From assembly GCA_003693705.1 (NCBI GenBank), contig RBZT01000729.1, forward strand, positions 1 through 64,000: a stretch of DNA of 64,000 nt. The letters are read 5' to 3'. The stretch comes from Polymyxa betae A26-41. Taxonomy: Eukaryota; Protista; Endomyxa: Phytomyxea. Positions 1 through 10,515 of this stretch are shown here, piece by piece. Each line of letters begins with the position of its first letter. The stretch's first letter is position 1. The position numbers and the translations under genes are program-made. The notes beneath the pieces are model-generated. The model did no database searches. It saw nothing but the letters and a program-made list of their open reading frames with translations, and was not told the origin of the DNA.

Positions 1-1276
1 TTTCAGCATATTCGCTATGGCAGACATAGATTTCGAATGCCTCGCCTGATTTCAGAAATTTCGGAAACCACTGCTGGTTGAGCTCGTTGTAAAGAACGCC
101 GTATATAAGTTCAAAGACCTCCATCATTCGATCTGACTCGAATAGTTCGGGATTATGCACGGCTGACGCTAACATCTCCAAAGCATAGTCAGGGATATCT
201 TTTGTGAAAATCGGGTTCCATCCGACGACAGGCTTGTTCGGAACCACCATTCCTTCCGAAAAGTTCGATTCTTTCTGTATCACAGTCAACAAGTTGCAAT
301 GACATCCCGATACTGGCTTGCAATCGCTTACCGATACAGAAAGAGGAGATTTCGAATTTTCGTTGACAATCTGGTGGTCGATCTTAATGCGCTCGATCGA
401 CTTCTCAATGTCAATAGGATTTGGCTTTACCGAAGGCCGTTTGCTAAGATCCTCAACTTCTGTTTTCATGTCCAAGGAAGATTGCAAATGACCAGCCTTA
501 TGATCCCTGAAATGCAGTCAGACAGGTATGATAGCGAAATGTCATCGAAATACTGGGTGTCGTCTTCTGATTCTTCCAGGGATAGCTGGTTATGATGTGG
601 ATGCGATCCCTCTTTGTTACTGTAAGTCTTTTCCTGGTCGCCTTTAATCTGACGAGCTCTCATCTGATTGGCATCAGCGAATCACAATAATATTCAGCCA
701 AAATGACCAACATGATCTGCAGAGCCACTGGCAGCATTGATGCTATCCTGAGGTTGTGCCAGCCTATTCAGAGGAGGCGAGGCTGAAACCGACAACTTTT
801 CGTGGATGGGTGGCTGATTTGACTTCGTCGATTCCGAGGCCGGATCAGAGTCAGCATGGTTTACTACATTGCAAATGTTTATACAGACTGCATACGAAAC
901 AATCCACCCAACCTCGAACAGTAATTGCGGCCGGGTTTAGGGCGACCGGGACTCCACCTTCTTCCGACAAGCAATTCACGATTTTCAATCCTCTGTTTCG
1001 CTTGCTTTTGCCGCTGGCGCCTCGAATCAGCCGAATATCGGTGCATATATTAAGAAGAGCGTCTTTCTTATTTTTCGAGAGGAAGCGATTGAAGCAATGT
1101 TTGCCCAGCGGTTCCTGAAGCAAACTACTGAGCGTTAGCTCAGCTAGAACGCGCTCTGTATAGGCATTGAGCTCAGCGAACGGTTTTGTTTTCAGAATGA
1201 TGGGCTCGGATTCTCCCATCTGGGCCTTTAACAATAGCGCATTGGCTACTGTTGTCTCGATCGCATCAAAAGCCAT
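1..1276 (-). CDS. G protein-coupled receptor kinase (GRK)-like protein, N-terminal helix plus RGS-homology domain; runs off the window start
   Basis: The N-terminus MAFDAIETTVANALLLKAQ resembles the GRK alphaN helix (GRK5 MELENIVANTVLLKARE). LSSLLQEPLGKHCFNRFL resembles the RH-domain start. The exon at 1-210 reads VFELIYGVLYNELNQQWFPKFLKSGEAFEIY, like the RH end that precedes the kinase domain. The kinase domain itself is not in the window. Confidence 0.7.
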
Positions 1277-1690
1277 CCCGCTGGACGCGGGACGTATTTC
1301 GTCAATCTTGGCACGAGGGCTGTGAGACCCCAAGTCAGACGACAGCGACCGTAAAGGACTAAAGCGAGCCGTCGCGAATTAGATTTCCAGAGATAAAGGG
1401 GTGTACGCGATCGGCTCGATAGAAGACCGATTATAGTGAGATATCTCACCTGCCTCATCTGATCCTCTGGGTTCGGTTGAAAAGTACTATGTTTCGGCGC
1501 TTCGCCACGATCCGAACCTTCCCTGGACGCGACAATCTGAATTGAAATCCAGTGCCGCGAGCCGACGACCACACTGATATTCCTTAATGAACAGGGCAAT
1601 TGCAATTCTTTATTAGAATGAGATGAGTTGTGGAACACTCCAACCACAGGTCAATGAGGCAGTGCCACTGTGCCAGCGGTGGCCTCCTGC

Positions 1691-1731
1691 CACTGTCATG
1701 GACATTCCCATTGGGAATGTCCATGACAGTG
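1691..1731. repeat. Perfect inverted repeat, 20-bp arms with 1-nt spacer
   Basis: cactgtcatggacattccca-t-tgggaatgtccatgacagtg read directly from the sequence. Confidence 0.95.
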
Positions 1732-1783
1732 TATCTGGGGCGCGGCCAACCGAAGTTCCTTATTTCGACCCAAAATTCGTGTC

Positions 1784-2540
1784 TCATTTCATTTTCTCGT
1801 TATCGTTATGGCGAACGATTCGTTCAAACAAGGAAGCCAACGATTCGCGCCCACTGCCCGACTTAATCGTGTTCTGGGCAAGATCTAATAGGTTGAGGAG
1901 GTCGTCGGCGTAGTTCGATGGGTAACCGGTCCAGTCTTCATTGACAACGGCGGTGATGCTGTCTTGGATCTTGGGGACTTTCAGCACCCAAAACTGGTTT
2001 GCGGTGTTGTTCATCATCAGGAATAATAAACATGTAACTGCCAGCTTTTTCTGTTGACAATTTGTTAGCTTCAAGAGCATCATTGTCTGCAGCAGTACGT
2101 TGTACCATCTTTTGTCGTGGATGCGAAGTTAGATCGATCAACAGCTCAAGCCAACCGATCTTTCGCATACGATCTTGATTAAGCTTCGACCGATAGCAGA
2201 TGACGATCATGAGCTCGATGACGGCCTCGTGGTAGCGAACGATCTGCTTTTCGGAGGTCGGTGTAAACGGCGTCGTCTTGTTCTTGATCCAGGTATAGAG
2301 CTGGGGGAATAGGTTACTGGCTGTAATCGTAGCCTGGACAATAGGGCCGCCCATCCAGCACATTAATGTCAGCTGTGTGATGATCTCCAGCGATTGTTCG
2401 AAATGATGCGTGCTCATCGCCGAGAAATGCAACAGTTGACGTTTGGCATCCTTCAGATATCCGTTTTCGAAGTCTTCTATATTGAAAGACTCGGCGCCAT
2501 CGTCTGACGAAACGCTCGATAGGCGACGTCTGGGTTTCAT
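1784..2540 (-). CDS. Hypothetical alpha-helical (ARM-like) protein, 2 exons
   Basis: ORFs 1938-2540 and 1784-2083 join through a GT...gctaac...cag intron (QKM|KKLAVTCLL). NQDRMRKIGWLELLIDL is ARM-like. Confidence 0.6.
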
Positions 2541-2836
2541 AGTGAGACAACGACACAGGTACGAAGCTTGATCGATCCCTTTGTAGTTTATACCCGACTT
2601 ATGTCAGAAAAAAATCAATTTTTTTTTCAAACGGTTACTGAAGTAATCAAATTCATTGCCAAACTGCAAGGTATCCCGCGTCGTCTTCCAAGATATAGCT
2701 CTCTATAGTTCAGCTTCTCCTGGACCATTGGCGTTACGAATGCAAACACCTCATCCAGTCGTAATGAGGCAATACATGTTTAAGCCAAGCGAACTAATCA
2801 GCTGATCAGAACAGTTTATCATTAATTTCCATGAGT

Positions 2837-5800
2837 TTATAGGATACTTTTAAAGATCTGACTGACAGCATCATAATCAAAGGTTTTCATGACTTGTTCC
2901 AAATCTGACAGACTGTTCTTTGGAGATTTACCGCGAAGTTTGTGGATATCAATAAATAACTCGGTGAGCACCTTCCTTAAAAAATCGAGATGCTGCGGCG
3001 TAGATTCAATCTCTCCTAAACAAAAACACTGAACTCGCTTAGTGACAGGCATTTTAAAATCTTTTACTTTGAATTGATTCTGCATTGTTCAGAATATCAC
3101 AGTATTCTGTCGAGAGAAACTTTATGCAATCCTCTCCCTAAGTAACAATCATGAATTGCTAAAGATTACATATTAACAGATAGAATACCTCCTGTGTATA
3201 AATCTCTTTCAAAGCCGCTATCTTATCAAATTTCTTGACTAGGCTCGTCAACCGCTCTACTTTAGGTCTAATACGCTCAATTAAAGTGACAACGGATCCG
3301 TCACTTATGTCTAAGTCCATCGTGAGTTGAACTTTATCATTTGTGGCTTCCTGTAAAGCATGAAGTTCGCGAAGCAAAGTGGTAACTTAGCTCACTCTGG
3401 TGATGGTTTCTTTAACAATGGAAATCGTACTGCATGAATCCGATGTGAAGATAGCAGATCCTTTTCTGAAGACACAGTTCACTGGTATTCTATCATAGAA
3501 ATTTGCTGACATACTCGTATTCACATATTAGATGACTTTCTAAAAACGAGTTTTTGAAAATAAGATAGCCCGAAGTCTGTGCACTGCTGGCATGCATTTC
3601 GGGCAAGCAGGCGGCTATCCAGGAATGAATCTGGTTGTAATCAGCAAACTTGCTGTTAAGATTAGAATCCACTCAATACCTGAGAAAACGTGAACGATCC
3701 CGTGAACTTGATCTTATTCAACGAATTTGTCCAGGACGGAGCAAGAGGAACTTTCTCATGGAGCGACAATGGCTTGATTGGAATGACAGTCGTCTGGTCA
3801 GTGTTAATAAAAAAATGGTCTCTTTAAATGGAACATTTACTTGGCAGGTTTTGGGATAAAGTTTCGGAATAACCCAGACGTTCAACTCTCCGCTTGGACC
3901 CTCGATTGTTTTGATTTGGGCAGTAATTTTATTACAGGATTCCGGACATCGTAGAGTGGCAAGCAAAGCACTTTGACTATCTGGGTTCATGCTGAATCAT
4001 AGGATCGTCGAATCTGTAGATTTACCATTCTCGGAAGTCAAAACGTTTACGATGGCTGAAGACTGAGTAATCATTACTGCAACACTTATCAGGTAATGCT
4101 GTTGATATAAGAAGCGGTACTTACATGGAACATTAGAACACAGGATGCAGACGTCTAATGGCATTTCAATTTCTATTGAAAGAATGCAAGCTGTAACAAT
4201 GATAAGAAACGCAGCGGTGCCTACAAATATACTGATAATAATACATGCGCTTTCGTGGTCAAGTCGAAAGGAAGAGTTCACATGAAATTGAGTCTCAACA
4301 GCAACCAGCTCTGCACTCTGCTGCTGATACGCTGCGCGTTTCTGATTTAACTGCTTCGTTATATTGTCTAATTGCAGACGAAGTTCGGCGATTTCTTCAC
4401 TAATAGGCAACGGCGAAGACTGCAAAATTGATCCCACCTGACGCGCAGAGTTAACTTGAAGCACAATGGCTGATATAAGAAATGAGCATACGCTGCTGGA
4501 GGCTCGTTTAAGCAGTCCTGCTTTCGAAGTAATATCGTCTGAGGCCAAAGATTTCACCAATTGTTTTAGGTTAAAAATGTTGATAGACCCAGAATATCCG
4601 ATTGCGACGATCTGATGGAGTGTAAGTTGCCGAGATTTCCACATAAAGCAGCATACTGATTTCGATGAAGTCGAAATAATATATCCAATATGTACCGAAG
4701 AAACTGATTCGCTTAATTTGAACGTTGCTGACACGACCAGAATCGATCCTAAAGTTTGCTCTAAATGAGAAAACGTCAGCACAGAGAGGCGTTCCAACCT
4801 TCAGTTCCTTCTTCCCAACTACATACGTTGATGGTTCCGCAATCGTGGCCAACAACAATATCATCGCAGTAGGGCTGAGATAGAAGTTCAGTGATGCGAT
4901 ACAACTCGGGCTATGACATTAATGATTACCTTTTCAAGATCACCGTATCCTATGCAGTTGACAGCGCCAGCTTTGAGGTCGAGCAGGCAATCCTGCTTAA
5001 TGAGTAACCCGTTCTGGTCCATTAATACTTGTCCTTGTTCTCATTCAAAAGAAGGTTCCATAAAGAATCCAGTAAAATACCGATCTGTCCACGGGATGTT
5101 CCAAAAATTATTCGTCGTACTGATCTGTAGCATTCTGGATCCACATGGTTCTCCACAGCATAATAAGAGCCTAATGTTTAGGTATGAACTACACGCTGCA
5201 TAACAGGGGTTTTCAGATACTTGCTGTTGGATACGAGATTACAAACATAACTGGAGCGCAGACCATCAGTTCGGATAACACATCTTGACCTAAGCGGAGA
5301 ATAAAACACTGCAAATCGATAACAAAATTCAGTACCGCTAACGACGCGAACACAGCTATCTTGGCATCCTAAAATAGCTAGTAGGTTCGGTGGTTGTTGT
5401 AAATCGAGTTCGATCGTGAAGTGATTGATCCGATCATTCGACATGTAAAACCCGGCATCAATACAGTTTTCGAACCGATTCATGATATAATCACCACAAA
5501 TCCAGATCGTGGCGTTGTCAACAAACATATTTTTAATATCCTTTTATCTACGTCAATAAAGGACCCATGGTCGAAGGTTTCAGCGTATCTGACCTCGTTC
5601 AACCCGCAGCTAAACGTTAAGAAGTCTTTTCCATTTTTTTTAAAGCCAACTATCGTATTGCCAAAAGCTACAAAGATCTTGTCTTTGTGAAGTCTTGGGC
5701 CACCAAGTGCAAGTGCAGTGACCTCCCTTTCTCCAGGTTTCGAAGCAAACACTTGCTACAAATCGAATCAGTTCAGAATTCTAACTGAAATATGATCCAA

Positions 5801-5968
5801 TACCTGCGGTTCTTTCGGGTTTTTCAACCTCCAGCATGTCACGATGCCAGCCCGATCACCGAAGGCGATCTTCTGCTCTTTTTTCTGGGCCGAGGGCAAT
5901 AAGACTGCAGCATTGCGTCCGATCGACGATGATTGCCCGGGATGACATTGGATTCGGCTCAACTCCAT
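2837..5968 (-). CDS. BBS7: Bardet-Biedl syndrome 7 (BBSome subunit), multi-exon
   Basis: QKIAFGDRAGIVTCW, LALGG..KDKIFVAFGNTIVGFKKNGKDFLTF, ILGCQDSCVRV, IEGPSGELNVWVIPKLYPKTCQV and C-terminal LTELFIDIHKLRG match BBS7. Confidence 0.9.
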
Positions 5969-6156
5969 GTCTCTAGCAGCCAGCCCAGCTTAATGCAATG
6001 GACGAGTGAAGCTGAAAGATTGTTGTCGGGCTCGACCCATCACAATATTGTAACGTAAAAAGAGACACTGTATATAGGGTGCTGGGGTTTGCAATCCCAT
6101 TACCCCAAAAGGAACGTAAATCAATGATACGAACAGCATGTTTTCTTCTTTTCATT

Positions 6157-7752
6157 TTAAAGAGACAGGCTTTCTGTATTCGATAGGATATTATCGAATT
6201 CGGGATTATACTTCCGGTCTTTATCGAAGGCGTCTCCGTCGCAATCCGCCCTGTTCATAAACGCGGTGTCCTTGCAGAGATCATGGAATAGAGTACGGAC
6301 GGCGGCTGCTTTGAGATCGAGGTCCGAGGTGAAGCTTGAATGGCCAAAATCGATCCGTCTAAGGCCTTCGCCTTTGTGCTCTGTAACAGATTAGCAAAAC
6401 AAATAACGAAGTTTGCAAAACCAAGGACCTGAAGGCCGACGAGGACATTCAGTAAAAAAGATCGTAGCCAAACGGTTTTCTTCCGGCATAAACCGATCCA
6501 GAGCAGGTAGCAAATCGCTCTTGGGGTCATCTGTTTGTAATGTAGAAAAGTACAAGATGAAAGCGCCTTTCGGAACACAGCCAGATGTCTCATCAACCTA
6601 AATATAGAAGTGTCAGTAAAGACTCCACAGGAAGGCTGCGAGCACCATCTGATACCTGGAGCACTTTGATTGCATTTTTGAACACGCCAGGTGGGATCAC
6701 TAAGAATGATAAAGGATCTGAACACTCAATTGGTTTGCTGCAAACACATACACAACGAGACAATTTGTTTTTGCCATCATTATGCGCATCATCATCGGAA
6801 GGTTCCCCATTTCTGACGAACACATCACAGGTGATACGCTGTGAAGTTGAAAGCAAAATGGAGTCATCTGGTTCCAGCGATGCTGAGGTTCGTAAAAGAT
6901 ACGTCGTGCCAAAAACCGCAGCAAAACGGGCGAAAGCTTGAGGGAAATCGCCAGTGCCATACACAGGATATAGCAGTGCACCGATATCAAATCTGCCAAG
7001 CGAATTGACAAACTTTTTCAAAGCCTGCATTCCAGAAGAGGTTGAGATATCTGGCGAATCAGACAGGCACAGCGAATAGATGATGATATCCTTCGCTATC
7101 GGCGAGAGCTGTAGTTCATCAAGGTATTCAATAAATGGCCTATGCTCATACAGTTCCAGCTGCTTTACGTCCAGCGCATTGCTGGGAGCGTCATTCAACC
7201 TGTCATCGCTTAACACTAGGTGCATTAACTTCATTAAGCGACGTTTGTCAGGTCGAGTTAGATACGGGCACTGGAAGATAGCTGGTTTCGATATTGGGAC
7301 TTGAGCGATTTGATCATTAATGACAATCAAATACGAATTGATAGCTCGAAAAGTCAAATAATTGTGGGTACCGCTTCGAATCATGTCTTCAACAAGGTCG
7401 GAACGGGCATAAAGCAAACCTGGTTGCAAATCGATCAAAAATCTCGAACTAAGCTGATCTCCGCCAAGAACCGAGAAATGCTCGTAATGACGCAAGGCTT
7501 CAACAGCTTGGGCCCAAGGGAGCGTAGCATGATCATCACCATAATAATCGTTCGGATCTACATTCAACACTTTCTTCCCAGCACATGCCAGAGTCCTGAT
7601 TTGGTGGTTAAGCCAACTTGAACATCGCTCTGTACAACTCTGTACCCAGCCAGCAGGCAGTTTTCGAAGCCGGTTCCACAGATGACCACATCGAAGTAGT
7701 CCTGATCGAGGCGATTCTCGGTATCCAAGCAATTGGGTCCTTCTACAGTCAT
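6157..7752 (-). CDS. Rab escort protein (REP/CHM; GDI superfamily)
   Basis: FDVVICGTGFENCLLAG, GKKVLNVDPNDYYG, FLIDLQPGLLYARSDLV, YPVYGTGDFPQAFARFAAVFGTTYLL (REP-type rather than GDI-type). Confidence 0.85.
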
Positions 7753-7822
7753 GAAGCTGAAGGATCCTTGCAGGTACCACGATAGAAGCAAGCGGCAATT
7801 TGCATCTGCGAGATCCGAACAG

Positions 7823-7843
7823 AAACCCTAATCCCTGAAACCC
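7823..7843 (+). promoter_or_regulatory. Telo-box-like motif AAACCCTAA with degenerate follow-on repeats in the divergent promoter of REP and the GTPase
   Basis: aaaccctaatccctgaaacccc about 70 bp upstream of the REP ATG; function is inferred. Confidence 0.35.
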
Positions 7844-8213
7844 CAGTTGCCGAGTTCAGACTGGCCAATGGCATTTCTAATGATGGGAGCAATGGAAGGA
7901 TTATGACAAGGCATGAAACAGAATCTTAAATTGAGATGATTTCACTATCACATTTTTGGCAGCCAGAATGATCAAGCTCATCATGGATTCTACAGAACGA
8001 AGAAACACCGCTTTCTTATAGAAAGGTTATATTCTGTTCCTGAATGATATTCGGATACATTGAAACGACACACCCATCTGCCATGATTCCGGTGCAGCTC
8101 CATTCATGATGTTTCTTGACCCAGCACAGGTCTCAATCAAATCCATCTGTCGAATATCACCGCTATCCGGATTCCGACCTGTTCCACTCCAGATTTAGCA
8201 TTCTAATCCCAAA

Positions 8214-10156
8214 ATGGCTCGAGCAGCAGATTCCAATCCCGATACAAGAGTCGTCGAAGACATTGTCGCCCATATTCATTCGCTATATGCCAATGAAAAT
8301 CTGGGACTGCTCCCCATGTCGAAGACATTAGGCATCGCGATCGAGGCACCGCGCTCGAAGGTCACAGCCATGCTTGTTGGCAACCATTCAGCTGGCAAGA
8401 GCTCTTTTATAAATTGGTAAACATGATCGCTGTTCTGTTGCATTTTTGCTGACCATTCCATTCCTCAGGTATATTGGTGAATATGTTCAGGTCGGCTTCG
8501 AAGAAAGGTTTGTTTAAAAGCAGTACTGACAGTTAGCTTTAGCTGGAAAGTGCTGCCATGGAGACAAACTCGTTCACCTTCGTCTCATTTGGCAAGAAAC
8601 GCGACACCTTCCGAGTATGCTGCTGCTGCGTTTTGCTGCCACGATGCTGATCGACGATTTTCAGGGCCGGGCTACAATCAAGCACAAACCATGGCTGACC
8701 GAGATCGAATCCTTCCCAGGCGCTGTCGACAACCTGGCCACACAGATCTCCTGCTCCCGGCATAACATGTTTGCTATGTGCGACTTTATAGACACGCCTG
8801 GGCTTACGGATGGCTCTCTCAAATATCCATATCCAGGTTGACTCTATTATCATCTATCACCTCTATAGCTAACTGTGTGCCCTTATTTAGGTTCGTCGCG
8901 GTATCGTCTATTGCCTCTTGGTAGCTAAATCTTCATAGTCAACAACATCCTGGAATGGCTAGGAAAGAAATCCGACTTGATTTTCGTGTTCTTCGATCCT
9001 CATGGCCAGGCCTTGTGTGCTCGAACGTAAGCGCCTGGTCTTGATTGGAATCTGGTTTTAATCTTTAACACAGCATGGATGTTGTCAATCGCCTAAACCA
9101 GACTTGTAAGCCCAAAACGCATTACTTCTTAACAAAAGCAGATCAGGTTATAATCTGAACATGTCTCCCGATGCATTATTACTGATGGATTCAATAATAG
9201 ATTCCTTCCGAGAAGGAGCGCTCTAAAGTGATATTGCAGGTGGCCCAATCGCTGAGCCATGCTCAAGCACGTCCCGTCCTCAGCGCCCCAGATCCGGATT
9301 CGAACCGAGATTCGGAGACGTGGCTGGGGGAGCACGCCCTCAGGTACAAGCGTCGTGGCTATATGGTCAATCGACTCAGTTTGACGTAGGGTTCGACCCA
9401 TCTTCATCCCTGATAAGGTCGGCGACCGCCCCGATCTGGATTTCAACCGCATCGATGAAGTGCAGCGGATGATTTCGGATGCTGTCAACCAGAACGTGCA
9501 GAACCATATTGAGCGTCTCGAGAATGATAGCAAGACGCTGTTAGCACCAATCGTCGAACAACTGACCAGGTCCGAATTCTTGTTTATCGTCCTGTCTGTT
9601 TCGTTGAATTTCGGTTCAGGTTTGAGAAGCGGCAGAAAATCAATCGCTTTATTGACGGTATTCGAGCTATTCTGCTGCTGCTGGCTTGGCTGATTCCTCT
9701 CACCATCTTGACTGTCATATTCTATCAACATCATCATGCCATCATTCCAGAGTAAGTGTAAACAAACATTAAACAAACTCTTCATGCTGAAATTTTTGAT
9801 AGGGAAATGCTGAATGAGCACTGGTTCATGAAGGTGATCGGTCTATGTCGAGTGGTTCATGATTTTGTCACCTCGCTGATGGACGAGATTGTCGGCAATG
9901 ATCGTTGGCGATTCGCCGCCCAGATCGGCGTTGTGTTTCTGTTCTGTGTCCTGACAGCGGCCGTCTTCAATCGCCTTCGTCTGACAAACTTATCATCCAC
10001 ACAGGCCAAGCAGTTATACAGTTGGCGGGCTCAGCTCGATCTCGTTATCAAAGGTCGGATCTTCTACAGACGCCGTTATCGTAGTAATTTTTGTTGTCTT
10101 CAGACGAGGTGCCGCTACAATGGAAACGATTTTTTTCAGAGTCTGTTTACGAATAG
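8214..10156 (+). CDS. EHD/dynamin-superfamily P-loop GTPase with C-terminal transmembrane segments, multi-exon
   Basis: G1 MLVGNHSAGKSSFINWY; G3 FIDTPGLTDG; DLIFVFFDP; G4 FLTKAD; hydrophobic C-terminal segments. Confidence 0.8.
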
Positions 10157-10515
10157 GTTACTGTTAATAAACAACATCGAGCTGTCATGGAAATGTCTTC
10201 ATCAAAATAGTGGCGAGATCTTAATGATGCTCGGCATTAGTTCTGCAACGGACTCTCCATTAGACTTTGAAATCATCATTGAAGGCTTAACTCAAGAGCA
10301 GTTAGAAATGTATGTTAAGCAGGTCACAAACATGCACGACAGAGAAGAGAAGCAATGGAAATGTTGAATGCTGTGATTCAAATAAGCGCAATCCGTGAAG
10401 CTGACAATTACCCGCCACATTATCGCTTAGAAGTTACTGCCAGAAGTAGTTGTGCTCCAGGCGCTAGAGCCATCGCGGGAGACATCGGGCCCTTTCATGG
10501 CTTGCCAGTACTGAT

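Noticed and set aside
10157-10515. ORF tail MMLGISSATDSPLDFEIIIEG... upstream of TRRAP
   Set aside because: Short, with no recognisable family and no consistent gene model.
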